This document shows, piece by piece, positions 17,964 to 27,912 of a DNA stretch of 64,000 nucleotides. The stretch's first letter is position 1. Every line of letters starts with the position of its first letter. The notes under the pieces were generated by a model, which was not told the origin of the DNA, ran no database searches, and saw only the letters and a program-made list of their open reading frames with translations. The stretch is from Candidatus Omnitrophota bacterium (GTDB taxonomy: Bacteria; Omnitrophota; Gorgyraeia; Zapsychrales; Fredricksoniimonadaceae): NCBI GenBank assembly GCA_903836515.1, contig CAILQW010000005.1, positions 3,280-67,279 on the forward strand. The letters run 5' to 3'. The translations under genes were made by a program, and so were the position numbers.

Positions 17964-20900
17964 ATGCCAACGGGTAAGGCTTTGCTGAAAGTCTTCACGC
18001 GCATCCGGACCTCCTTCCTTGCCTTGGGGGTCGTGGTGCTGGCATGTGTTTATGCCTGGGCTTCCGGAATCTCCATCCCTGATAATTCCCGGCTGAATGT
18101 CAATTCTGGCGAACTCCATCTCGAGCTTGCCCTGCCCGGTCATGTTACCAATAGCGGCGTGATCAAAACAACGACGGGGAAGGTGCGCCTCAACGGCGAT
18201 TGGAATACGTTGGGCACAGGTTATTATGATGCTGGCACAGGGACGGTGGTGTTTTTGGCGTCGGGCGGGTTAGAGACCATTACGCCCGGTAGTAATGTCA
18301 GCGATGCTTTCTATAACCTCACGCATGCCGGAGCTGCCACACTCAAGGTCGTGACGAATGCCCTGAATATCCGTGGCGGATTTACCAATCAGGCTGGTAT
18401 CTTTGATGCCAATGGCCTGACCATGAATGTGGGCGGCGACTGGGCCAACACCTCGGCAGCGGCCCCGTCTTTTATCCCCAACGGTAATATCGTCCATTTG
18501 AACGGTGCCGACCAGCAGATCCTCGGGCAAACGACTTTCTACGAAATTGACAAGCAGATCTACGCGGGGCCGTCGGTGCAACTGACCCTGCCTTCGGGTC
18601 TGGCCCAGACCATTACGCATAAGCTGACCCTGCGCGGGAGCAGTGATGTCCTGTTGGCCTTGCGCAAGGGCGCGGGAACCGATGCGGCTCAGCTTAAACT
18701 TTTATCCGGAGGGCTGCAGGATATCGCGCGTGTGGATGTGCAGGACAATGACGCCTCGGGAGGGCTTACCCTGGTGGCGCGTTCATCACCGGATCATGCC
18801 GCGCCGGCCTATAAGACCACCAACTGGGCGTTCGGGAGCGTCACGGTCAAGTGGGACGGGTCGGATGATACCCGCTGGGACAATCCGTATAACTGGAACC
18901 TGGGGATCGTGCCTGAATCCGGGGACACGGCGATTATTCGTTCCGTGGATGAGGATAACGCCAATGCGCCCATCCCGCATCAGCCTGTCCTGGCGCATGA
19001 TGTGACCGTCGGTGTGCTGCAGATCAGAAACGGGGCCGGCGTTGATCTTGCCCAGCATAATATGACGGTGCAGGGCGCGCTCACCAACGCGGGCACCATC
19101 ACGCTCGCCGGGAATGAAACCGTCACCGCGGCGTCCCTGGCGGATACGGGCACATTCCGGTATGTGGGGATGACCAACGGGACGCTCAACGCGGTGATCA
19201 GCGGCAACTTCATCATTGGCGGCACGGCTTTGTCCACGTATCATGCCCTTGTGGTGGAGGAACAAAATGTGTCCTCCCAGCGGGACACCTTTACCATTGC
19301 TTCAGATTTGAGCGTTACGACGGATGCGGTCTTTACGGCCGGGGCTGTTGCTGTCGCGTCGGGGAAGAAGCTATCGGTGGGCGGGGGCATGACAGTCAAC
19401 GGGGCCACGTTTGACGCCAGCATGGCCAGCGTGGACACCTTTGGATTTGTGCTTTCAGGCGGATCGTTTTCTGCTCCGGGAGCTGCCGGCATTTTCACGG
19501 TGTCCGGTGATTTCACCCACAGCGCAGGGACATTCACGCCCAATGACGGTACGCTGACCCTTGACGGGACCAGCACGGTTGCGCCATCGATCCAGACGCT
19601 TAAAGGCAGTACAGGGTTCTACAGCCTTGTCAAAACGATCCCTTCCGGTGCCACACAACCCCATACCCTCACGTTCTGGTCAGGGGATATTTTCATGGTG
19701 TCGCGCCAGCTGACCATGACCGGGCTGGACGGTTCGCACCGGTTGAACATCGACGCATCAACATCTGGATCAGCGGCCAGCCTCAGGCTTTTGACCGGCG
19801 GCGGGCAGAATATTCAGAATGTTGCTGTCCGTGACAATAATGCCCTTAGCGGGCTCTTGCTGGTCGCGCGCGGGGATTCGCAGGACATCAGCAACAATAC
19901 CCACTGGGCCTTTGGGGCGGCGACCTTGAGGTGGGTTGGATCCGTATCGGATGCATGGGCAGATCCGTTTAACTGGGATCTGGGCATGGTGCCTATCCCT
20001 AACGATACCGTTGTGATCCGTGCCGAGGACGAGGATAATGGCAATGCGCCCCTTCTGCATCAGCCGCTTTTGTCCGCGGATGTTGCCGTGGGGAGCATGA
20101 ATATCCGTGATGCGGCCGCCTCCGTGACATTGAACGGGCACGGCCTGCAGGTGAAAAACACGGCCGTACCGCCGGGGGTCTTCCAGAATAATGGTACGGT
20201 TTACTTAAACGGCACCGAGACCCTGGATCTGGCGGCGTTTGATACCGATTCAGGGACGTTTGCCTACAGGGGCGACGGTGCCGGCGGCGGGCCGTTCAAT
20301 ATTTCAGGTAATGGCCGGCCTGCCGCGTTCTTCAATCTTGTGATCCAGCCGCCGCCGGCAGGAGCGGCCTCCACATTTGCCGCTAACAACGACCTGACGG
20401 TCAATGGCGCCCTTACGGTCAGCGGGGCAGCCCTGAATGCCGCAGGCAGTTCTGTGGCCGTGGTCGGCAGTTTCACCGAAACCGGCGGCACATTCACAGC
20501 CCCGGGCAGTGCGAAGAGTTTCACCATTGCCGGTGATTTTGTTCATAGTGCCGGAGTATTTAACGCCAATGGCGGTACGGTCACATTGAACGGGACTTCT
20601 TCCACCGCGGCCAGCAGTCAGTTGCTGGGGGGTAATACCACATTTTATAATCTTCTTAAAACCGTTCCGGCGGGAGCCGTTCAGGTTCACCGGCTCACCT
20701 TTGACCATGCCGCCACCGCTACAGTCGCCCATACCTTGACCTTGCGCGGGATTACGGGGAACGCCCTGCAAATCCGTTCGGACAGCGTCGATCCTGCTCC
20801 TGCGGTCCGTTCAGCCCAGCTATTGCTTCAGACGGGCGGCACGCAGAACATCGGTTTTGTGGATGTCCAGGATTCGGATGCCTCGGGCGGAGTGACCCTG

Positions 20901-23900
20901 CTTGCGCGGGATTCTGACGATCATTCCAATCCTTCCTACAACACGACCAACTGGATCTTTGGTATCCCGACGGTAACATGGACCGGGGTTGTGTCCACCG
21001 ACTGGGCTGATCCGTTGAACTGGGATCTTGGCCTTGTTCCCTCCTCAGGGGATGATGCGCTCATACGCGCGGCGGCGAACCAGCCGCACCTGACGGCTGC
21101 CTCCGGAGCGGTGTCCCTGCGTAATCTTTCCCTCGAAGGAGGGACCAGCCTTGCGCTTGACGGCTATGGCCTGGCCATTACCGCCGTGTTGTCCAACAGC
21201 GGAAGTATTGTTTTGCGCGGCAGTGAACCTGTGGCGATCCATACACCGGATACGGATTCGGGCACGTTTGTGTATACCGGGGCTGATGCCGGGGCCCCGA
21301 TCATCCTGCCGGCGTTCGATCCCGCGCATGCCGCATTGATTTATTTTAACCTTGTGATCGCGGCTACCGGCGCTGTGGATACTTTTCGTCCGGCCACAGA
21401 CCTGGTCATCCATGGCGGTCTGACGGTCAATGGCGGGGTGCTTGATGCTGCGGGCATATCCATGACGCTGGCGGGGAACCTTGCCCTCAATGGCGGGACC
21501 CTGTCCGCGCCGGGGAGCGGGAAGACGTTCACGGTGGGAGGGGACTGGGCCAGGACGCTTGGCGTCTTTACGCCTGATGGCGGCCGGGTGACCCTGAGTG
21601 GCCCGGCAACGGCCACAATGAGCGGGGATACCGGATTTTATGACCTCGCCACATCTGTCCCGGTGGAAGGCAAGACCATTCATTTTACGGCCGGGTCGGA
21701 TCAGACCGTGGCCCATACCCTTGATCTGAACGGGAATGCCGCGGCCAAGCTGGTCCTGCGTTCCAGCGCTGATGGCACGCCCTGGACGCTGACGTTGCCG
21801 TCGGGGTACCAGGTCGTACGTAATGTTGACGTGCGCGATGCCGTGGCCGTGGTCGCGGGCGTGCGGCCGTATGTGCTGGCCCTGGACTCCATTGACCAGC
21901 AAAACAGCGGTGTTTCGACGAACAAGGGCTGGCTTTTCGCCCAGCTTCTCATCATCGCCCCCGCAGAGGGGCGTACTGTTGACCCGGATCCGACAGTGAT
22001 CGGGCGTTCGGTGCCTTCCGAAGCGGTGAGCATCATGGACAAGGACGGCGTGGTGGTGGCCACGGCCAGGGCCGATGTGAACGGCAATTTCCGGGTCGTG
22101 GTGGGGCATGATGACGCTGCCCTGGGCACGGTGATACGGACATCCCTGGCAACAGGGGCCAATGAGATCATGCCGAGTTTTGACGGCCATAACGGGACAT
22201 CGGCGCATGTCACGGTTACCGCCGCAACCACACCTGTCGAGGTGCCGGTCATCGTTGGGCCTGTCGACGGGACGCTGTTGATCGAGGCGACGCCGACGAT
22301 CACAGGGCAGGGCAAACCCGGGCAAACGGTTGTTGTTGTGGCTTCCGACCTGAGGGGGCAGCTCTTGCTGACCCTTCCGCCCGAGGCTTACGCGGGCCAG
22401 GGCACGGTGGGCGCCGACGGGTTGTATGCGGTGACCCTGACGCGGCCGCTGGTCAGCGGCGTCAATTATGTTTCTGTCGTGGTGGATGGGGTGTCGAGCC
22501 GTGTCCTGTCGTATGTCATCCGCGATCTCCAGGGCGTTGTCTTTGATGCCACCAACAACCACCTGATCAAGAATGCCAGTGTCAGCCTCATCAAGCCGGA
22601 CGGCACCCTGGCCAGGCCGGGGACAGACCTCGATGCCGCGGATGTGAATCCTTTTGTGACCGGGGCTGACGGCATTTATTATTTTGTCAAAGCTTCGGGC
22701 ATCTTTACCTTCAAGGTCGATGCCGCCGGCTATGATTATCCCAGCCAGACCCCCGATGACCAGATGCCTGCGGGCCGTTTTGTGGTGAAGGGATCGCGCG
22801 GGGAGGAAGTATCCACCGTCGGGCTTATCATGCACATTGATCAGCCTCTGGATGCCAATCCCCATATTTTCAAGGTGGAGAAAAAGGCCAACAAGGCCCA
22901 GGCGAAGATCGGTGAGGTGGTCACCTATACCGTGACCATAGAAAATCTCCTGACGACCCCGGTGGCCGCCTCTGCCAATCTCGTCGACAAGATACCGCCA
23001 GGGTTCAAGTTCATGCCGGGCCGGGCCCAGCTGGATGGTTTGCCGGTGCCTGATCCCGCCGGGATGCGTCCCCTGATCCTTGCTGTCGGGGATTTTGCCG
23101 CCGGGCAGAAGAAGGCGGCGCGGTATCAACTGGTCATCGGCGCGGGTGTGGCGCCGGGCAATTATGACAACGTCGCGTATATGGCGTATACCAACGGCCG
23201 TGTTGTCTCCAATCGGGCCAGCGCATCGGTCCAGCTCGTGCTTGATCCTCTTTTCGATGCGGGGACGGTGTTCGGCAAGGTGTTCTATGACTGGAACGAG
23301 AACGGCAAACAGGACGCGCCGGATTATGTCGCCGAGGATCGCGAGGAGGTTGTCGAGTCTCCCGTGCCCAACGTGCGGCTTGTCATGGAAGACGGCACGG
23401 TGGTGACCGCGGACAAGAACGGGCAGTTCAGTATTCCCGCGCTTTTGCCCGGCCGTCACCTTGTCAGGCTCGATGAACGTTCCCTGCCGCCAGGGGCCTA
23501 CCTGACCACGGATAAAGTTCAGGTCGTGGATGTCACCGCGGGGAGTATTGTCAAGGTGAACTTCGGTGTCAATACCGGCAACAGCGCGCCTCTGGGTAAG
23601 GATGACACGTTTTTCCAGAACGACCTCGTGGTGGAACAGAATGCCGCCGCCAACACGCCGCGCCTGAATGTCAGGACGTTCAATGAAAACATCCTTCTGC
23701 ATAATGACACGGTTATCGAGCAGGTCGAATTCAGGATGTTTACAAATTACGCAGCGTTTTTGATCTCATGGGAGCTGGAAGTGCGCGACCGTGACACGCA
23801 TAAGGTTGTCCGTTCTTTTACCGGGACGCGGCAGAATATTTATGATCCTGTTTATTGGGACGGCCGCGACAAGGCGGAGAAATATATCCGCCAGGACCGT

Positions 23901-26900
23901 CATTACACTTATGTTTTCCGGGTGCGCGATGCCGGAGGAAAATGGGATGAAACTGCCGAGAAAGACCTTGCGCTCAACGTCTTGACCGATGCGGAAATGT
24001 CCCTGCGCGAACATCCCCTGCAGGGGGAGGTGCCGCAGGCCGTTACCCGTGCGGACCAGTATCGCGTGTTCTTGCAGGCGCTGGCGGGAGAAAATAACCT
24101 CAAAACACATAATATCTGGGTCAAGGGAGAAACGGTGGTGTTGAAGCCGGTGCATGCTGGTATCCGTCAGGTCAGGGTGCTTAAAGGCGGCGAACTTTTC
24201 ACCGAGGTCCCGGTGCTCGAATACCAGGGGGTGACCGCCCGCCAGCTTCTCGCTTCATCGGCGGGGGAGCAGGCGCTCCCCATGGAGATCATCCTTCCCG
24301 ACGGAGATTATGAACTCGATGTGATGACGGCTGCGGCGCAAGGGCCTGCACTGCCCGCCGGGGCGAATGTGGCGGCGTTGGCATCATCTTCTGCCGAGGC
24401 CGGGGCCGCGGCGGCATCGCGCTACAAGAAACCGCTGAAGGTCGGCGAAGATTACATGATGTTTGTGGCCATGGGGGACGGCAAGGCAGGGTATAACACC
24501 AATCGCGGCAACATTGAGCCGGTGCAGGGCAACGAGGCGTACAAGCCCGGTTTTTACAAGGAAGGCAAGCTGGCCTATTATCTCAAGGGCAAGGTCCAGG
24601 GGAAGTATGTTGTCACCTCAAGCTTTGATACCCAGCGCCTGGGCAAGCAGGCCCTGCGTACCTTCCGCGATGAGGATTATTATCCGGTTTACGGCGATGC
24701 CTCTACCGTCAATTATGACGCCACTGATACGCAAGGCCCGTTGTATCTGGCCGTCGATTGGGATAAGTCCCAGGCCATCTGGGGCAATTATGCCGTCGCT
24801 TTCAACGATAATGAATTCGCGAATTACACCCGTTCGCTCTACGGCGGGAAACTGGATTACAAGACGGTGGCCACGACAGATTACGGAGAGCCCAAGACCA
24901 ATATTGTGGTGTTCCATGCCGAAGTCCGCGAGCGCAGCGCTCATAATGAATTCCTGGCCACAGGTGGGTCCCTTTATTATCTTAAGTCCCAGGATGTGGT
25001 GAAGGGCACGGACAAAGTCAGGGTTGAGGTGCGTGATGCGGTCACAGGCCTGGTGAAATCCACGGTCGAGATGAAGAGCGGCGTGGATTACGAGATGGAC
25101 AATGCCAACGGACGCATGTTGTTCTGGCGGCCGGTGTCCATGTCCGTTGCGGGCACGGGCTTGATCAGTAACGGCCTGTTGAACGGGGACCCTGTTTATG
25201 TTGTGGCGGACTATGAGTATTTTACCAACGATACCATTGCCAACGCCACCAACGGCACCCGGGTGGCCCAGGCCCTAGGCAAGGATGTTGTCGTCGGGGG
25301 GACGTATGTGTCCGAGGCGCAGGCTGACCGCAATTATGAACTTAAAGGGACCGATGTGACCATGCACATGGGTAAGGATGCGACGGTCAAGGGCGAGTAT
25401 GCACAGAGCTTGTCGGCGGCTGGCGGGAACTACATTTCCTCCGATGGCGGTATCACTTTCAGCGAACTGTCCGTGGCGGACAATACGCAGGGGCAGGCTT
25501 ACGGGATCAGCCAGGATGCCCGGTTGTTCGATCGTGTCGGTCTCAAGAGTTACTACAAGTGGATCGGCGACGGCTTCTCGACGTCGGGGACAACGTCCCA
25601 GCAGGGTAAGGAAATGAAGGGCATGGCCATGACCTTTGACCTGACGCCGGTGACCCGTTTGACCGCCAGCCGCGATATCCAGCGGTTGATCACCCGCGGC
25701 AATCTTCAGACGGCCATGCAGGTCGGTGCCCAGGAAACAACCACCTCCATGGTGCAGATCGTGCAGGATGCCCGGCGCTTGAGGCTGAGTGCGGCCTTCC
25801 AGAGCACGCAGGTCAAGGCCAAGGATGATACCTATCAGTCGGGATCCAACCAGGAGGCCAACACCCTGGCGGTCAAGGCGGATTACGTGCTGAATGAAAA
25901 GACGGACCTGACCTTGAGCCATCAGGCGGATGTGGCCGGAGGTTCCAAGCAGACAACGACCGCCGGTGTGACACGCCGGTTATCCGACAGGCTGAGCGGG
26001 AGCCTGGAAGGGTCGGTGGGGACGGAGGGCCTGGCCACGAAAGCGGGCCTGAGCGCCAATGTAACGCCAAAACTCGCGCTCACCTCCGATTACACGGTCA
26101 CCAAAGTTCGCAATGGGGGCATTCAGCATACCGCCGCGCTCGGCGGGAAGGGGCAGATCAATGACAAGACATCGCTCCAGGCCACGGCAAGCGTGACGCA
26201 ATCGGCGGCTGGTGCCCAGGAGAATACCGTTGCCCTGGGCGGGACGACCAAGATGAGTACAGATACGGATGTCAAGATGGGCGTGGAATCGACCCAGTCG
26301 TCGGATGCCGCCAAATCCCGTCAGGCGCTGGCCCTGGAAGGCGCGCGCCAGGGCGCCGACGGGCATGCTACGACCGGCGGGGTGAAGATCCAGGATTCCC
26401 TGACCAGCGGCAAGCAGACGGTGATTAGCGCGGGTGAGGCGGGACAGATGACACCTGATTCCCGTATCGCGGCGGAACGTTCCTTTGCCTTTGGCACGAA
26501 CAGCCAGGAACAGGACAACACGTACAAGATCACGCGCACGCAGGACGGCCGGAACGTCGAGACATCCTATGCCCGCCGGCAGACGGCGGGTACGGCCGGC
26601 GTTTCCGATTCCAATATTTTCGGGCTTAGCGGGGATGTCAATGACCGGGTCGCGGTGCAGGCCAGCCTTGAAAAAGGCAAGGCGATGGATGTGGACGGGT
26701 CGATTTATGACCGTGTGGCCCTTTCCGGCGGGTTGGGTTATGTGGCCAAGGATCCGTCGACCGGCGAGGTTTCTTTCCAGAGCTCGACCAAGGGCGAAGT
26801 GCGTGTTGATACCGGGTCGACCGACCGGCAGCAGTATGTGCTCTATCAGTCCGCGGAAGGGAAACCCAACGACCAGAGCACGGTGCGTGTCAAGGTCTCG

Positions 26901-27839
26901 TATTCCACGACCCATAATTCAAACACCGGTAAAGCCGAGGCCGGTTACAAGGAAATCATGCTGGGCGGGGCTTACCGGCCGGTGGCCATGGACCGCCTGA
27001 ATGCGTTCGGGGAGTACACGTACAAGGAAAACCAGGGGCCTGCGGGCCAGACTACGGCCACCGATGTCACGGCTTCGAAAATGCATGTGGTGACGGCCGG
27101 TGCGGCCTATGAACTCAATGCCAGGTGGGATCTTGTCGAAAAACTCGCCATGCGGATCATGGAAGAGAAAGTCACCGGATTCGAGTTCACCAAGACGCAT
27201 ACCTGGCTCATGGTTCATCGCGTCAATTACGCGATAAACCAGGATTGGAAGATCGGGGCTGAATACAGGATGCTGACGGTCCAGGAAGCCAAGGACAAAA
27301 AGAGCGGCGTGCTTCTGGAGGCTGTGCACCATGTCAATGACAACGTGGAACTTGGGATCGGGTACAATTTCACTAATTTTGTCGATGACCTGACAAATCT
27401 CGGCTATACGGCCCAGGGGCCGTTCATGCGTATGACCGGGAAATTGTATGATCAGACGCCGCAGGAACGGGCCAGGGCCAAGGCCCGATGGCTTGACCGC
27501 CGTGTTGAACTTTATGCTGCAAGGATGGTCAAGAGGGAATTTGAACGTAAAGACAGTCAGATTGTGGCCGAACTCAACGAACGCTACAAGAGGGCCCGGA
27601 TAGCGGCAGAACTTGGTAAATATGATGAAGCGCAGCATATTTATAAGAACATTATCCAGGTGACCCGGATGATGTATGAAGAGGCGGCCCAGTTCGTCCG
27701 TCATCATATCGACTTTGAAGAACGGGTCTACAATGCCTTCCAGCGCGCGGAAGAGTACTATCATAAAGGGGAGTTATGGCAGGCCCGCAAATTGTGGGAA
27801 AAAATTGTGGAAGAAGCGTCAAAGGCTGTGCTAGAATAA
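17964..27839 (+). CDS. Giant surface/outer-membrane protein (3291 aa): PATR-like repeat passenger region, DUF11-like domain, Ser/Thr/Gly-rich beta-rich C-terminal region
   Basis: N-terminal signal/anchor (FLALGVVVLACVYAWASG) and 9.9 kb of uninterrupted ORF. About 3.5 tandem 350-aa repeats carry PATR-like GTxTLxGTS motifs. A DUF11-like stretch (KIGEVVTYTVTIENL...AVGDFAAGQ) and a long T/S/G/Q-rich region suggest a beta-barrel or fibre. Confidence 0.85.
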   Translation: MPTGKALLKVFTRIRTSFLALGVVVLACVYAWASGISIPDNSRLNVNSGELHLELALPGHVTNSGVIKTTTGKVRLNGDWNTLGTGYYDAGTGTVVFLASGGLETITPGSNVSDAFYNLTHAGAATLKVVTNALNIRGGFTNQAGIFDANGLTMNVGGDWANTSAAAPSFIPNGNIVHLNGADQQILGQTTFYEIDKQIYAGPSVQLTLPSGLAQTITHKLTLRGSSDVLLALRKGAGTDAAQLKLLSGGLQDIARVDVQDNDASGGLTLVARSSPDHAAPAYKTTNWAFGSVTVKWDGSDDTRWDNPYNWNLGIVPESGDTAIIRSVDEDNANAPIPHQPVLAHDVTVGVLQIRNGAGVDLAQHNMTVQGALTNAGTITLAGNETVTAASLADTGTFRYVGMTNGTLNAVISGNFIIGGTALSTYHALVVEEQNVSSQRDTFTIASDLSVTTDAVFTAGAVAVASGKKLSVGGGMTVNGATFDASMASVDTFGFVLSGGSFSAPGAAGIFTVSGDFTHSAGTFTPNDGTLTLDGTSTVAPSIQTLKGSTGFYSLVKTIPSGATQPHTLTFWSGDIFMVSRQLTMTGLDGSHRLNIDASTSGSAASLRLLTGGGQNIQNVAVRDNNALSGLLLVARGDSQDISNNTHWAFGAATLRWVGSVSDAWADPFNWDLGMVPIPNDTVVIRAEDEDNGNAPLLHQPLLSADVAVGSMNIRDAAASVTLNGHGLQVKNTAVPPGVFQNNGTVYLNGTETLDLAAFDTDSGTFAYRGDGAGGGPFNISGNGRPAAFFNLVIQPPPAGAASTFAANNDLTVNGALTVSGAALNAAGSSVAVVGSFTETGGTFTAPGSAKSFTIAGDFVHSAGVFNANGGTVTLNGTSSTAASSQLLGGNTTFYNLLKTVPAGAVQVHRLTFDHAATATVAHTLTLRGITGNALQIRSDSVDPAPAVRSAQLLLQTGGTQNIGFVDVQDSDASGGVTLLARDSDDHSNPSYNTTNWIFGIPTVTWTGVVSTDWADPLNWDLGLVPSSGDDALIRAAANQPHLTAASGAVSLRNLSLEGGTSLALDGYGLAITAVLSNSGSIVLRGSEPVAIHTPDTDSGTFVYTGADAGAPIILPAFDPAHAALIYFNLVIAATGAVDTFRPATDLVIHGGLTVNGGVLDAAGISMTLAGNLALNGGTLSAPGSGKTFTVGGDWARTLGVFTPDGGRVTLSGPATATMSGDTGFYDLATSVPVEGKTIHFTAGSDQTVAHTLDLNGNAAAKLVLRSSADGTPWTLTLPSGYQVVRNVDVRDAVAVVAGVRPYVLALDSIDQQNSGVSTNKGWLFAQLLIIAPAEGRTVDPDPTVIGRSVPSEAVSIMDKDGVVVATARADVNGNFRVVVGHDDAALGTVIRTSLATGANEIMPSFDGHNGTSAHVTVTAATTPVEVPVIVGPVDGTLLIEATPTITGQGKPGQTVVVVASDLRGQLLLTLPPEAYAGQGTVGADGLYAVTLTRPLVSGVNYVSVVVDGVSSRVLSYVIRDLQGVVFDATNNHLIKNASVSLIKPDGTLARPGTDLDAADVNPFVTGADGIYYFVKASGIFTFKVDAAGYDYPSQTPDDQMPAGRFVVKGSRGEEVSTVGLIMHIDQPLDANPHIFKVEKKANKAQAKIGEVVTYTVTIENLLTTPVAASANLVDKIPPGFKFMPGRAQLDGLPVPDPAGMRPLILAVGDFAAGQKKAARYQLVIGAGVAPGNYDNVAYMAYTNGRVVSNRASASVQLVLDPLFDAGTVFGKVFYDWNENGKQDAPDYVAEDREEVVESPVPNVRLVMEDGTVVTADKNGQFSIPALLPGRHLVRLDERSLPPGAYLTTDKVQVVDVTAGSIVKVNFGVNTGNSAPLGKDDTFFQNDLVVEQNAAANTPRLNVRTFNENILLHNDTVIEQVEFRMFTNYAAFLISWELEVRDRDTHKVVRSFTGTRQNIYDPVYWDGRDKAEKYIRQDRHYTYVFRVRDAGGKWDETAEKDLALNVLTDAEMSLREHPLQGEVPQAVTRADQYRVFLQALAGENNLKTHNIWVKGETVVLKPVHAGIRQVRVLKGGELFTEVPVLEYQGVTARQLLASSAGEQALPMEIILPDGDYELDVMTAAAQGPALPAGANVAALASSSAEAGAAAASRYKKPLKVGEDYMMFVAMGDGKAGYNTNRGNIEPVQGNEAYKPGFYKEGKLAYYLKGKVQGKYVVTSSFDTQRLGKQALRTFRDEDYYPVYGDASTVNYDATDTQGPLYLAVDWDKSQAIWGNYAVAFNDNEFANYTRSLYGGKLDYKTVATTDYGEPKTNIVVFHAEVRERSAHNEFLATGGSLYYLKSQDVVKGTDKVRVEVRDAVTGLVKSTVEMKSGVDYEMDNANGRMLFWRPVSMSVAGTGLISNGLLNGDPVYVVADYEYFTNDTIANATNGTRVAQALGKDVVVGGTYVSEAQADRNYELKGTDVTMHMGKDATVKGEYAQSLSAAGGNYISSDGGITFSELSVADNTQGQAYGISQDARLFDRVGLKSYYKWIGDGFSTSGTTSQQGKEMKGMAMTFDLTPVTRLTASRDIQRLITRGNLQTAMQVGAQETTTSMVQIVQDARRLRLSAAFQSTQVKAKDDTYQSGSNQEANTLAVKADYVLNEKTDLTLSHQADVAGGSKQTTTAGVTRRLSDRLSGSLEGSVGTEGLATKAGLSANVTPKLALTSDYTVTKVRNGGIQHTAALGGKGQINDKTSLQATASVTQSAAGAQENTVALGGTTKMSTDTDVKMGVESTQSSDAAKSRQALALEGARQGADGHATTGGVKIQDSLTSGKQTVISAGEAGQMTPDSRIAAERSFAFGTNSQEQDNTYKITRTQDGRNVETSYARRQTAGTAGVSDSNIFGLSGDVNDRVAVQASLEKGKAMDVDGSIYDRVALSGGLGYVAKDPSTGEVSFQSSTKGEVRVDTGSTDRQQYVLYQSAEGKPNDQSTVRVKVSYSTTHNSNTGKAEAGYKEIMLGGAYRPVAMDRLNAFGEYTYKENQGPAGQTTATDVTASKMHVVTAGAAYELNARWDLVEKLAMRIMEEKVTGFEFTKTHTWLMVHRVNYAINQDWKIGAEYRMLTVQEAKDKKSGVLLEAVHHVNDNVELGIGYNFTNFVDDLTNLGYTAQGPFMRMTGKLYDQTPQERARAKARWLDRRVELYAARMVKREFERKDSQIVAELNERYKRARIAAELGKYDEAQHIYKNIIQVTRMMYEEAAQFVRHHIDFEERVYNAFQRAEEYYHKGELWQARKLWEKIVEEASKAVLE
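18190..21900 (+). repeat. About 3.5 tandem divergent repeats (period about 1.05-1.08 kb) inside the giant gene
   Basis: Recurring blocks: LxLRG...AQLxLLxGGxQxIxxVDVQDxDASGGLTLVAR...TNWAFGxxTVxWxGxxxxxWxDPxNWxLGxVPxxxDTxxIR at nt 18620-19040, 19710-20130, 20730-21150, with a partial copy at about 21715-21890. FTAPGxxKxFTVxGDFxHSAGxFxxNGGTxTLxGTS recurs at about 19470, 20490 and 21500. Confidence 0.6.
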
Positions 27840-27912
27840 CCGCGCTTAATTTGATAATAGCACTGTTCCCAATGATTTCCGTTCCTTCTTCGTCGGGAGA
27901 ACAAGAGATTTC

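Noticed and set aside
21045-23702. 885-aa minus-strand ORF inside the giant gene
   Set aside because: Antisense shadow ORF typical of high-GC DNA. The protein is low-complexity (R/G/P/H-rich) with no start context, and is fully contained in the 3291-aa + ORF, which has coherent domain architecture.
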